A stretch of DNA of 64,000 bases from Nitrososphaeraceae archaeon (GTDB lineage: Archaea; Thermoproteota; Nitrososphaeria; Nitrososphaerales; Nitrososphaeraceae). The translations under genes and the position numbers were made by a program. Positions 41,536 through 52,090 of the stretch are shown in pieces. The first letter of the stretch is position 1. Each line of letters begins with the position of its first letter. The stretch spans positions 32,001 to 96,000 of the forward strand of contig DATFEP010000061.1 in NCBI GenBank assembly GCA_035250975.1. The letters run 5' to 3'. The notes below the pieces were generated by a model. The model saw nothing but the letters and a program-made list of their open reading frames with translations, was not told the origin of the DNA and did not search any database.

Positions 41536-42027
41536 TTATACAATCACACCGTTGTTATTATTATTATTATTATTTGTTGTTTGTTCTGGGCTTAATATTA
41601 GAACATTAGAAATTTGAAAGTAGCGCCTCGCAAGCAACCTAGCTTTTTCCGCATTTCTACCTTCTTTTCCAACTACTACACCTTTTTTTTTGGAATCAAC
41701 AACAACAATAGCTTGTTTAGAACCGTCCATCCTCTTATTAATCTTTATTTCATTTATCATGTTAGAATTAAGTATATTCTTTAAAAATTCATCAACGTTA
41801 TCAGAATATTCTACGAGTTCAATTCTTTTTGGAACCACATTTTGGAGCTGTTTAATAGTAGATCCGCCCTTGCCTATAGCTAAACCCATTTGTCCCTTAT
41901 TTACTACAAAAATAACACGATCCATTTTTTCATCCAATATGCAATCTCTAGCTGTTGCACTTGTGATGCTTTGAAAAAGAGAAATAAGACGGAGTTCATC
42001 TGAGGTTAATTTTATTTTTTCAGTCAA
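41536..42027 (-). CDS. nusA: Archaeal NusA (two KH domains)
   Basis: [19 protein letters not shown]; poly-Asn tail. Confidence 0.93.
   Translation of the reverse strand: MTEKIKLTSDELRLISLFQSITSATARDCILDEKMDRVIFVVNKGQMGLAIGKGGSTIKQLQNVVPKRIELVEYSDNVDEFLKNILNSNMINEIKINKRMDGSKQAIVVVDSKKKGVVVGKEGRNAEKARLLARRYFQISNVLILSPEQTTNNNNNNNNGVIV
41551..41583. repeat. Trinucleotide (TTA/TTG)n microsatellite encoding poly-Asn at the NusA C-terminus
   Basis: gttgttattattattattattatttgttgtttg. Confidence 0.7.
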
Positions 42028-42284
42028 TCTTATACATACCTCTATTTGTAATTTTTCCTAATAGATTATTCGTCAAATGATTAACATGCTGTGTAATAAA
42101 GTATAATTTAAATTTTAATGAAATAATGTTCATTTGGATAAATTAGGTTATACACTTTCTTATTAATTGCTGTACTTTCAGAAATGAGAGGTGAAGTTTA
42201 AAAACTGTTAAAAATGTTCTTAAGAAATTTTACCACACATAGAAATGTAGTAGACAAGTCCAAATAAAATAAAAAATAAAAAAA

Positions 42285-42593
42285 TTATTGCTTTTGCATT
42301 AGTTCTTTTATATCTTCGTCCTGAATATTTTTTAAAGAGACAGAAGAAATTCTATAGGATTTATTAAAGAGTCTTCCTAATTTAACCGAATTTTCTTGCA
42401 GATAATAAATCGGCACATTATATTCGGATGCCTGTGTCTCTATAAACTGTTTATCTTTACTAGTTACAGTATTTGACAATATTAACAATTTTGATCCCTT
42501 TATATTCGATTTTACTTCTTTAATTCCCCTTTTGTATTTGTTATTGGATATTGATTCTTTAATTATTTTCTCCAAAATCTTCATTTTGTTCAT
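42285..42593 (-). CDS. rpl30e: 50S ribosomal protein eL30 (L7Ae/L30e family)
   Basis: GIKEV, NSVKLGRLFNKSYRIS; canonical position between rpoA and nusA. Confidence 0.85.
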   Translation of the reverse strand: MNKMKILEKIIKESISNNKYKRGIKEVKSNIKGSKLLILSNTVTSKDKQFIETQASEYNVPIYYLQENSVKLGRLFNKSYRISSVSLKNIQDEDIKELMQKQ

Positions 42594-45500
42594 TCACCTT
42601 CATATACAGTTCAACCATTCCAGTTCCAACAGGAACAGTTGCACCCACAATTACATTTTCAGTAACTCCTTTTAATGCTTCCGTTTGACCTTCCATTGCT
42701 GCTCTAGCAATAGTAGGAACAGTGATTTCAAACGCTGCTCTAGCTAAAACGGATGTTTTAGTTCCTGCAATGCCATGTCTACCTATCTGTTGAAGGTAGC
42801 CTTTAGACGTCATTAGATCTGCAACAAGCATAATATGTCTAATATCTACCTCTAGACCTTGTTCCTCGAGTGTATTTGTGATCTCTTTAACTAGAGCAGT
42901 CCTTGCAGCCTCAATTCCTAAAGTTTGCCATATTTCGTATACATTGTTAGTAGTTATTCTAGAAAGATCAATACCATCTACATAAATAATTTTAGCCAAA
43001 TTTGAGCCGGCAGTTTGTATAACCCATTCATCAATTTGTTTAACTATAGTTACTCTTTCTATATCTGGTACTCCTTTTATCCTTGTGTTTAAAACTTTAT
43101 TCTTTAACAACAGAAGACTTTGTGCATCTAATTCTTCATTCATTTTCATAACAATGCTCAATTCCTTTTCATCAAGAATAGTATCATATTTCTTTTTAGA
43201 ACCTTTTAGAATCTCGAATATATCTTTGATATTACAGCCTCTTTCAATCAATTTGTCAGAAGATAAACTAAATTTGATTATACCTCCATAATCAATGTCA
43301 GTTTTTTCTACAACATCTATAACCTTTGTATGGATAATCTCTTTTGCAACATTTAATGCTTGTTCTCTGGAGAACCTATGTTGTTCGTCTAGATATATAT
43401 CCATTGTAGGAGTTATAGGTTTCTTTCGTGCGTCTACCAGTTCTATTAATCGTGGTAGTCCAAGAGTAACATTTCTTTCCTTTACTCCCGCATAATGGAA
43501 TGTTCTGAGAGTCATCTGAGTTCCAGGTTCACCTATAGATTGTGCAGTGACAACCCCGACTGCTTCTCCTGGTTCTACCAGTGCTCTTTCCACAAGATCG
43601 ATAATCTTTTTAACTACCTTTTCTATGCCTTGTTTACTAAGTTTATTATCCAGTAATATAGTTTCAATATTTGTTCTTAATTTGGGATTAAAATGTGATA
43701 CATATTGATTTAATATATGTCTAATTTCAGATTCGTCTGCTTTCGAACCTTCATCTACTACAGACTCACTTTCGATAATTCTTGAAATATTAACGGCTTC
43801 ACCATGATCACTTTTAGCTGGATCAATCCCATCTTCTCCATAAAGATATTGAATAATGTTACCGTGGGGGTCTCTAACTGTTCCATCATACTCCATTTTC
43901 AAATGTTCGAGAGCATTAATCAATCTTCTTTGCATATAGCCAGATTGTTGTGTTCTTACGGCGGTATCAACAAGACCTTCTCTTCCGCCCATAGCATGGA
44001 AAAAGAACTCTAAAGGAGTTAGTCCATCACGGTAATTTGATTTTACAAATCCCTTAGCGTCTGGATTAGTATCATTTATCCTAAAATGGGGCAAAGAACG
44101 ATTCCGATAGCCTTTGTGAATTCTTTTACCTCGTATTGATTGCTGACCTAAAACCGCAGTCATTTGGCCTATATTAAGGGTTGACCCACGAGCACCTGTA
44201 GATGCCATTATCACACCCGCATTATCATTCGGAAAAGATCTGTCTGCAATTCTACCTGCGCGATCTCTTGCACGAGATAACTCATTTACTAGGTACAATT
44301 CTAGTGCCTCCTCAGGGGCGAGACCTCTAGTTAGTGGCAAAGTTCCATCCTTATATTGAACAATTAGCTCACCAATTTTATCATAGGCTTTTTTAATTAC
44401 TCCAGTAATTTCTTTTTCTGTCTCTTCTGTCAGCCATAAATCAGAATACCCGTACGTAAAACCACGATGAGTAATGAATGTTTTTAACATGATAAGTATT
44501 GAATTTAGGAACTTTTGGGCAACATCGTTTCCATAATCCTTTGCGATTCTGTGCAAAACACTGTCAGGTTCTTCTGCTCCAATTGATGCTTTGTCTATAA
44601 CTCCACTTATTAGTTCCCCATTTTTGATTACTACATCCTTTCCCTCTTTTTTAATTGATTTGTTCCATTTTGATGTAATAATAAAATTAAAGTCATTTGG
44701 AAGAAATAAGGAAAATAGTTGTTTTCCTGTATAAAACTTCTTCCCATCCTTTTCACCTTTATGCTCGGGGATAGGTCCTGAATATCCACCTAGTAATGCT
44801 AAATTAAAGAATTCCTCTTGTGATAATATAGTTTCATCTCTTGTCAAAAGATATGCGCCTGTAATAAAGTCACGTATTCCACCAATAATTGGACCGCCGT
44901 ATCTTGGAGAAATTAGTTGATCTTGAACACTCATAAGCAACGTTGCCTCAGACCGTGCTTCTTCGCTCTGAGGTACATGAAGGTTCATTTCATCACCATC
45001 GAAATCTGCATTATACGGAGGACAAACAGCTGGATGTAATCGAAATGTTCTATATGGCAAAACTTTAACATAATGAGCCATAATTGACATCCTGTGTAAA
45101 GAAGGTTGTCGGTTGAAAATAACGATATCTCCTTCAGATAAGTGTCTCTCTATAATGTAACCAGGAACTATGGAATCCGCAACCATTTGTCTATCGTTTA
45201 CATAATCGAGTCTTATTTTTACCCCATCTGGTCTTATGATATAATTAGCTCCAGGGTATGAGTTAGGACCGTTAAAAACTAGTTTCTTTAATTTTTCTAA
45301 ATTCCATGATGAGACAGTTTCTGGGATGGTAAGTTTCTTTGCAACTTCATATGGAATGCCAACCTCTGAAATAGCAATATTTGGATCTGGAGAAATTACT
45401 GTTCTACTTGAAAAATCCACACGTTTTCCAGATAATGAACCTCTAAATCTACCTTCCTTTCCCTTTAATCTTTGGGTAAGTGTCTTCAATGGCCGTCCTG

Positions 45501-46386
45501 ATCTATGATGAGCCTGTGGAATTCCAGAAACTTCATTATCGAAATATGTCGTAACATGATATTGTAACAAGTCTACCAAATCTTGAACAATTAGTGGAGG
45601 AGTTCCAGCTTCTTTACTTTCTTTGAGTCTTTGATTGACTCTTATTATATCAACGAGTTTATGAGTAAGATCATCCTCAGAACGAATGCCTGTTTCAAGT
45701 ATTATAGACGGTCTTACAGTGACTGGGGGAACAGGAAGGACCTGTAAAACAAACCATTCTGGTCTGGCGGTAGTTGGGTCATATCCTAATAATCTCAAAT
45801 CATCATCTTTGATATTAGAAAGGCGTTCACGAATTGTAATGGGTAATAATCTATTTTCTCCCGCTTCAGTTTTTTCAACAAAAATCGTAGGTTTAGTAAA
45901 GATAAGATCATATTGTTCCTTCTGACAATGGGGACAGATTTTTATTTTTTTAGATTTTTCTATAATCTCATCTTTTATGTTTTCTAAAGTAATTACAGCA
46001 TATGAAGCTTTTCCAGTCCTTATATTTCTATAACGTTCTAATTCTTCAGTTTCTAGTTTTATTCTGTTACAAGATCTACATGTAGTTAGTAACAATTTAT
46101 GCACATCATCTACAAATGCGATATGTAATACAGGTTCGGCCAGCTCAATATGACCAAAATGACCCGGACATTTTGCAGATGTATTACCACAAGAAATACA
46201 TTTTTGACCCGGTTCAAGAGTACCTAGACGGTTATCCATCAATCCACCTTGAACCGGCATTCCATCTTCATCATATGTTTCAGGCGCGGTGATTTCCGCT
46301 ACACTAAATTTACGTACTTCAACTGGCGACCAAACACTAAATTTTATACTACCAAGATTTTTAATAGACTCTTCCATTATTATCAC
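42559..46386 (-). CDS. rpoA: DNA-directed RNA polymerase subunit A (A' and A'' fused)
   Basis: CPGHFGHIEL, YNADFDGDEMN, AQSIGEPGTQMTL in one ORF. Confidence 0.97.
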   Translation of the reverse strand: MIIMEESIKNLGSIKFSVWSPVEVRKFSVAEITAPETYDEDGMPVQGGLMDNRLGTLEPGQKCISCGNTSAKCPGHFGHIELAEPVLHIAFVDDVHKLLLTTCRSCNRIKLETEELERYRNIRTGKASYAVITLENIKDEIIEKSKKIKICPHCQKEQYDLIFTKPTIFVEKTEAGENRLLPITIRERLSNIKDDDLRLLGYDPTTARPEWFVLQVLPVPPVTVRPSIILETGIRSEDDLTHKLVDIIRVNQRLKESKEAGTPPLIVQDLVDLLQYHVTTYFDNEVSGIPQAHHRSGRPLKTLTQRLKGKEGRFRGSLSGKRVDFSSRTVISPDPNIAISEVGIPYEVAKKLTIPETVSSWNLEKLKKLVFNGPNSYPGANYIIRPDGVKIRLDYVNDRQMVADSIVPGYIIERHLSEGDIVIFNRQPSLHRMSIMAHYVKVLPYRTFRLHPAVCPPYNADFDGDEMNLHVPQSEEARSEATLLMSVQDQLISPRYGGPIIGGIRDFITGAYLLTRDETILSQEEFFNLALLGGYSGPIPEHKGEKDGKKFYTGKQLFSLFLPNDFNFIITSKWNKSIKKEGKDVVIKNGELISGVIDKASIGAEEPDSVLHRIAKDYGNDVAQKFLNSILIMLKTFITHRGFTYGYSDLWLTEETEKEITGVIKKAYDKIGELIVQYKDGTLPLTRGLAPEEALELYLVNELSRARDRAGRIADRSFPNDNAGVIMASTGARGSTLNIGQMTAVLGQQSIRGKRIHKGYRNRSLPHFRINDTNPDAKGFVKSNYRDGLTPLEFFFHAMGGREGLVDTAVRTQQSGYMQRRLINALEHLKMEYDGTVRDPHGNIIQYLYGEDGIDPAKSDHGEAVNISRIIESESVVDEGSKADESEIRHILNQYVSHFNPKLRTNIETILLDNKLSKQGIEKVVKKIIDLVERALVEPGEAVGVVTAQSIGEPGTQMTLRTFHYAGVKERNVTLGLPRLIELVDARKKPITPTMDIYLDEQHRFSREQALNVAKEIIHTKVIDVVEKTDIDYGGIIKFSLSSDKLIERGCNIKDIFEILKGSKKKYDTILDEKELSIVMKMNEELDAQSLLLLKNKVLNTRIKGVPDIERVTIVKQIDEWVIQTAGSNLAKIIYVDGIDLSRITTNNVYEIWQTLGIEAARTALVKEITNTLEEQGLEVDIRHIMLVADLMTSKGYLQQIGRHGIAGTKTSVLARAAFEITVPTIARAAMEGQTEALKGVTENVIVGATVPVGTGMVELYMKVNEQNEDFGENN

Positions 46387-46391
46387 CTATT

Positions 46392-49300
46392 TTATAATTT
46401 ATCCTTAGGAATAAGTCGTGGAGCAATATTAAGACTCATCATTTCTTGCAATAGTAATTTAAATGCATATGCTATCACAATAGTTGAAATTTTAGACTTA
46501 TCACCACAAACTCTACAAACATGCCTTCTTTGTTTAATGTCGTAATAAGATAACAGACCACAACGTTCGCATATATTAACTTCTGCTTTGTCAGATTCTT
46601 CAAGTAATCTGTCCTTTAACATCATTGAAGCCCCATAAGCAATCAAACAATCTCTTTCCATCTCTCCAAACCGTAAACCGCCTCCCCTCGCTCTTCCTTC
46701 CGTAGGTTGTTTTGTTAACATCTGAACTTGACCTCTAGCTCTACTATGGATTTTATCTGCTACCATATGATGAAGTTTTTGATAATAAACTATACCGATG
46801 TAAACATCTACAGGAAACTTTAATCCAGTTCTCCCGTCGTACATCTCTTCTTTGCCGCTATATTTTAGCCCGTATTGTTCCATAACATCTTTAATATCAT
46901 TTAATTTTTCTCCTAAGAATGCTGAACCGTCAACAACTTTACCACGCAGTGAAGCGGCTTTCCCCGCCAATGATTCCATGAATTGTCCAACTGTCATTCT
47001 TGATGGAAAAGCATGCGGATTAATCATAATGTCAGGAACTATTCCATCGTTAGTATATGGGAGATCTTCTTGACTTACCAACATGCCAAGAACTCCTTTT
47101 TGTCCGTGTCGTGACGCAAATTTGTCTCCGATTTCGGGTATTCGCATATCTCTCACTCTAATTTTATACATTTTTCCACCCTCAACAGATTGTGTCATTA
47201 TTACACTATCAACAACACCATTCTCAGACGGTCTTACACCTATCGAGGTATCGCGCCTGTAAGGTCCTTTTACTTCAAATTCCTTATACTCTTCAATGAA
47301 TCTTGGAGGAGATGTTCTTCCAATCAATATATCCCCACCTGAGACAATTGATTCGTGCATGATGGCACCATCTTGTTCCAATAATCTATAAGCTTTTTCC
47401 CCCCTAAATCCACGGATATTTTCATCTGGAGAAGGTAATTCAAAAGTATCTTTCATTCCACCAGGATATTGTTTTGCTTCAGCTTCATACACACGATAAA
47501 AGAATGTTCTACATAATCCTCTCTCAACTGATGATTTATTGAAAACTACTGCATCTTCTATATTATATCCTTCAAAAGGTAGAACAGCAACAACACAATT
47601 TTGCCCTGTAGGACGTTCATCGAGTCCAAGAAGATTTATTGCCTTGGTACTCACCACGGGGACTTGTGGATACAACATGAAATGTTGACGCACATACGTA
47701 CTAGCATTCATTAAAGGTGTGGAAAATCCTAGACTCTGTTTTGCCATAGCACTTTCATAAGTGTTTCTAGGAGATTGATTATGTTCTGGATATGGAATAA
47801 CTGAAGCACCTATTCCTAAAATAGATGGAGGATATATTTCCATATGTGTCGTATTATTATCTATAGATTCAGAATCAATTGAAATTTGACAGTTTTCCTC
47901 CTCGTTGGCATCTACAAGTTCAATTATTCCTATAGAAATTAGGTCAGCCCACGAAAGAAATTTTTTATTGATCTTTTCTACAACTTCCGATGTCATTAAA
48001 GATTTTCCATCTTTAACTATTGCAAGTGGTCTCAAAACTCTTCCCGAATTACAAGAAATATACAATCTCTTCATAGCATTTGAGTTCAGAGAAGAATAAA
48101 AGTAAATCCCAATGTGTGGATGTATTTTTCCGCTTCTTCTAAGAGTTCGAAGAGTTATTGCCAAATGCAAACCATCTTCTATATACCCTATCAATTTTCC
48201 ATCTACAAAAATTCTACATCCATTTTCTCTTAAATTTTCATCCGCATCATCTATATGTTGTGCTCTTAATTCATATAATTTTTCTATTATTTCCGACGAA
48301 GAAACACTGACTGAAATTATTGCGGAGAGAGCAAGATTCTTTACTAAACCACAATTTGATCCTTCAGGAGTTTCTGCAGGACAAATCCTTCCAAAGTGAG
48401 TAGTGTGTAAGTCTCGAGCTTCAAAGTTTGGTTGACTCCTGCTTAATGGAGATTGTATACGACGTAAATGACTGATTGTAGACATATAATTAGTTCTATC
48501 CAGAAGTTGAGTTACACCTACTCTTCCTCTTCCCCAATTACCAGTGGCAATAGCGTTATTTAGCTTATCTGAGATTATTCCAGGTCTTATAGCGGCGGCA
48601 ACAGCATTTATTCCTCTTTTTTGACCCGATCTTTCAAGCTGATATTTCATATCCCGTATAAGGTTACGAAATGCAGTTCTAAAAAGATCAGCAAGCATTT
48701 GACCAGCAAATTTTATAACCTTGTTTCCATAATGGTCCTTATCATCATTATCGATCCAACCCAGTTTTAATTCTATTAATTTAGAAGCTGCTTCGCCTAA
48801 AAATAGAGCTTTTTCTCCACGATTTTCTGGATTTTTACCTAAATGTGGAAGTAGTCCCCAATCCAATAATGTTTCTGCACGCTTTATCTGAAATTCCTCC
48901 AGCATCCCTGGAGCAATTCTTTTACTAATATATATTATAGATTCTCTACTTGAAGGAATTTCCCCCACTTTCTCAAACGACGGTTCCAAATCGTCCTGAA
49001 CACGTTCGTTAAAGGAGACAGAATTAGCTATGTCCCGATCAGACTCGAGACCTAATGCCCTTATCAAGGTAATTAATGGAATATCCACAGGAGACCCGGG
49101 TATTTTAGCAACTATGGAACCGTCTGGTTTCATTATAAGTTCCAGTTTTGCACGATAACCTACAATTGAGGAATATACCTTTGCCTTATAGTTAAGAGTA
49201 CCTGCAGTTTCTTCTGCATCTACAATTATTTTGTTGTAAGATAAATCCTCAAGACCGACAATTACTCTTTCAGAACCATTAATCACAAAATAACCTCCTG

Positions 49301-49751
49301 GATCTCGTGGATCTTCCCCTAATTCAATCAATTTGGATTCTGGCAAATTATGGAGGATACAGACATTGGATTTTACCATTACAGGCATATCTCCGATGTG
49401 AATAAATCTGGATTCGATTATTCTTCCATCCTCCACTATACTACATTCAAGCATAATTGGAGAGGCATAAGTCAAATTTCTTAGTCGTGCCTCGACGGGG
49501 GCAACATGAGTGATCGAACCATCCAGTTCCATAATTCGAGGACGTTGTAATTTTATTTTACCAAGTTTCAGTTTATAAGGAAATTCAGCTGTTTCTATCT
49601 CTACTTCATTTACTTCATCAATAATACTTTGAAGTCCAGATTCCATAAATTCATTATAAGAATTAAGATGTTGTCTAGCTATTCCCTCACGTCTTAATAT
49701 ATCGTTTATGATTGGCCACATATCAACAGAAGTATTCATTATATTGACCAT
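46392..49751 (-). CDS. rpoB: DNA-directed RNA polymerase subunit B
   Basis: GYFVINGSERV, GDKFASRHGQKG, GLRFGEMERD. Confidence 0.98.
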   Translation of the reverse strand: MVNIMNTSVDMWPIINDILRREGIARQHLNSYNEFMESGLQSIIDEVNEVEIETAEFPYKLKLGKIKLQRPRIMELDGSITHVAPVEARLRNLTYASPIMLECSIVEDGRIIESRFIHIGDMPVMVKSNVCILHNLPESKLIELGEDPRDPGGYFVINGSERVIVGLEDLSYNKIIVDAEETAGTLNYKAKVYSSIVGYRAKLELIMKPDGSIVAKIPGSPVDIPLITLIRALGLESDRDIANSVSFNERVQDDLEPSFEKVGEIPSSRESIIYISKRIAPGMLEEFQIKRAETLLDWGLLPHLGKNPENRGEKALFLGEAASKLIELKLGWIDNDDKDHYGNKVIKFAGQMLADLFRTAFRNLIRDMKYQLERSGQKRGINAVAAAIRPGIISDKLNNAIATGNWGRGRVGVTQLLDRTNYMSTISHLRRIQSPLSRSQPNFEARDLHTTHFGRICPAETPEGSNCGLVKNLALSAIISVSVSSSEIIEKLYELRAQHIDDADENLRENGCRIFVDGKLIGYIEDGLHLAITLRTLRRSGKIHPHIGIYFYSSLNSNAMKRLYISCNSGRVLRPLAIVKDGKSLMTSEVVEKINKKFLSWADLISIGIIELVDANEEENCQISIDSESIDNNTTHMEIYPPSILGIGASVIPYPEHNQSPRNTYESAMAKQSLGFSTPLMNASTYVRQHFMLYPQVPVVSTKAINLLGLDERPTGQNCVVAVLPFEGYNIEDAVVFNKSSVERGLCRTFFYRVYEAEAKQYPGGMKDTFELPSPDENIRGFRGEKAYRLLEQDGAIMHESIVSGGDILIGRTSPPRFIEEYKEFEVKGPYRRDTSIGVRPSENGVVDSVIMTQSVEGGKMYKIRVRDMRIPEIGDKFASRHGQKGVLGMLVSQEDLPYTNDGIVPDIMINPHAFPSRMTVGQFMESLAGKAASLRGKVVDGSAFLGEKLNDIKDVMEQYGLKYSGKEEMYDGRTGLKFPVDVYIGIVYYQKLHHMVADKIHSRARGQVQMLTKQPTEGRARGGGLRFGEMERDCLIAYGASMMLKDRLLEESDKAEVNICERCGLLSYYDIKQRRHVCRVCGDKSKISTIVIAYAFKLLLQEMMSLNIAPRLIPKDKL

Positions 49752-49753
49752 CT

Positions 49754-50005
49754 CTAACCTTCCACCACATACCTGTAATATACACTTTCACCTGCAGTAG
49801 GACTTTTCCTAGTTATTCGTAATATATCACCTGGACGTACGTCCAAGTCTTCTAAGCCCTTATCATTTGACATAATATACGGAAGCTGATTTGTCCTGAC
49901 ATTAAACTTTTTCATTACTTGTTCAGCCTCTTCTTTAGAAAGAATTTCATGTTTAGGCTGATAAATGTGGTTGGTTACTTTCACAACTTTCTTTTCTACT
50001 GACAA
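49754..50005 (-). CDS. rpoH: DNA-directed RNA polymerase subunit H (Rpo5)
   Basis: HIYQPKHEIL, RKSPTAGESVYYRYV. Confidence 0.96.
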   Translation of the reverse strand: MSVEKKVVKVTNHIYQPKHEILSKEEAEQVMKKFNVRTNQLPYIMSNDKGLEDLDVRPGDILRITRKSPTAGESVYYRYVVEG

Positions 50006-50195
50006 ATCATAGCCCCTCTACAAAATTTGGTAAAATAGTCAAATTTTTGGATAAAATATCTTTTGCGCAATATTAAATACACAAACTTCTGGCAGAAGGA
50101 GATATATGTAGTTTCTTACATTATTTAAAATTTATTTCGATTATTCATAATAAATAATACGTTGGTATATTTGATTGCAAATAATGAAAGAAAAA

Positions 50196-50291
50196 GGCCT
50201 TCGGAGGGATTTGAACCCTCCTCAAGCGGTTTCTATCTTTTGTAGAAAAGACCACAGCCGCCTATACTAACCAGGCTATACTACGAAGGCC
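50196..50291 (-). tRNA. tRNA-His(GTG) with 21-nt intron (50231-50251) and encoded G-1
   Basis: GGCCTTCGTAGTATAGCCTGG...GCGG CT GTG G[intron]A CCGC...GGTTCAAATCCCTCCGAAGGCC. Confidence 0.92.
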
Positions 50292-50381
50292 ACGCATTCA
50301 TTGATATTAGGTTGTATTAATTAATCTTCAGTTTAGTTAAATATACTTAGATTATAATATCCTCGGAATTGTCATGTTAAT

Positions 50382-51200
50382 TCACGAATCTATTATTCCA
50401 CGTTTAATTACAGATAGTCCTAGTTTTTCTAACGCATTACAAATAGCGTTCATTCCGATAGAATCACCAGCTAGATGACCAAGAACAACTAAATTCCAAT
50501 TCCCGTTTGCTTGTCGTAATTTAATCAACTCATTATAATCAATATGTAGGTAAATGACTGTAGTTATTCCATTTTCGAAATATGATTTAGCAATATCAAA
50601 ACCTCCGTTTGAACCAGCTCCAACAACTAAAACCCATTTTCCCAAATTATTTGTAGGTTTTCCATTACATACAGTTATACGGGTTAATGAATTCTTGAAT
50701 TCTGGTATTGCTCCAATTGCATTTACTAAATCAGATACCGATACCAATTTTGACATTTCAATTTTCCTTAGAATAACTTGCCGCATATATTCATCAAGAG
50801 GTTGATGAATATTCAATAATGGCATTTTAAGGAGTTTTGACGTACCCACAATATCGTCATAAATAGCCGAATGTGATCGTAATTCTACTTTTTCTTTTAG
50901 TTTTTTGACTAATGAAATGGCATTTTTTCTCTTTATTCCATTATCAACCATATATTTCACATGTCTATCAAATACATGATGAAATTGAAGTAGAGATATT
51001 CCTATCGGATGATGTGTTAAAACGCAATCACATTTAAGAGTCTTTGCTAGATAGATGTCAGATTGATTTATGTCTACAGAAACAAATATCTTTTTTATAT
51101 CGGTTCCATTTATATGAATTGTGCTATCAGGGGGGACTTTTTCCCAACTAGCGAGTTTTAGACCTATCTGCATAATTTCTTCTGTACTAATTCCTTTCAA
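50382..51200 (-). CDS. Nif3/DUF34-like dinuclear metal protein
   Basis: VLTHHP, LNIHQPLD, YLH, GHLAGDSIGMN. Confidence 0.8.
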   Translation of the reverse strand: MKGISTEEIMQIGLKLASWEKVPPDSTIHINGTDIKKIFVSVDINQSDIYLAKTLKCDCVLTHHPIGISLLQFHHVFDRHVKYMVDNGIKRKNAISLVKKLKEKVELRSHSAIYDDIVGTSKLLKMPLLNIHQPLDEYMRQVILRKIEMSKLVSVSDLVNAIGAIPEFKNSLTRITVCNGKPTNNLGKWVLVVGAGSNGGFDIAKSYFENGITTVIYLHIDYNELIKLRQANGNWNLVVLGHLAGDSIGMNAICNALEKLGLSVIKRGIIDS

Positions 51201-51870
51201 TCGATATACTATGACAAATGATCGAATTTTAATATTTTTTGTTTGGAAGCTATTATCATTTATCTGTCTATCTTGTTTATGATATTGAAAAAAAGGAGAC
51301 AGGAGTAACCAAATAACACCCTTATAAAGTGCGTCCCAATTTGATGAATTTACGATTAAACTACCAAAGTCTGGTTCAGAATGTCCTTTATGTATTGAGA
51401 TCTAATTAGGTCCTTTAGTGTGGTTGACTGCAGACAGATTATCGTGTATAGTTACTGAAAGATATAATTTGAATTTGACCTATTTCGAAATATAGCGTAA
51501 TTTTTTAATTGACGTATATATTAAGATACTTCCTCTCATATCAGCAATTTTATTTGTTTTTGCTCTTATTTTTTAATAGAAACAAAAACGAGAAAATTGT
51601 TCAAAGTTAATTTATTTGATTTTTCATTATAAATAATATTTTTAGGATAATACACTTGATTGTATATTCGAAATTAGTTGCAACTATATTATTTACATCT
51701 TAGAATTTCTTTCGTGATTCGAGTATATGTGCTAAATTTCTAATAGTTGACAATTTATTAAATCGCGAATTAAAAAAATGAACAGAAAGAAGATTGTTAT
51801 AAAAAAATAGAATTTATTTATAGTATTTAATAGAAAAAAAATTTAAGTATCTTGAATGTATATTATTATT

Positions 51871-52026
51871 ATGATAGAACGAAGAAAGAGAAATTTTTAT
51901 GATGACTTGACATTAGAAAATATGAAGAGATATTTTCAGGTTGAGGATCATTTTGAATTATTGAAATTTATTAAAAAACATGGACTAAAAAACGATGATT
52001 CTGACCTTAACATAAAAGAACATTAA
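51871..52026 (+). CDS. Small hypothetical protein (51 aa), not in ORF track
   Basis: MIERRKRNFYDDLTLENMKRYFQVEDHFELLKFIKKHGLKNDDSDLNIKEH; purine run + TTTAAGTA about 29 bp upstream. Confidence 0.45.
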   Translation: MIERRKRNFYDDLTLENMKRYFQVEDHFELLKFIKKHGLKNDDSDLNIKEH

Positions 52027-52090
52027 TTTTTTGAATATTTAGAGTGACTTAAAAGCCTAATTGTTTTATATAAAATATTGTCTCCAGAAT

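Noticed and set aside
42559-46386. Fused RpoA'/A'' as a novelty
   Set aside because: Established feature of Thaumarchaeota; useful only as a taxonomic marker.
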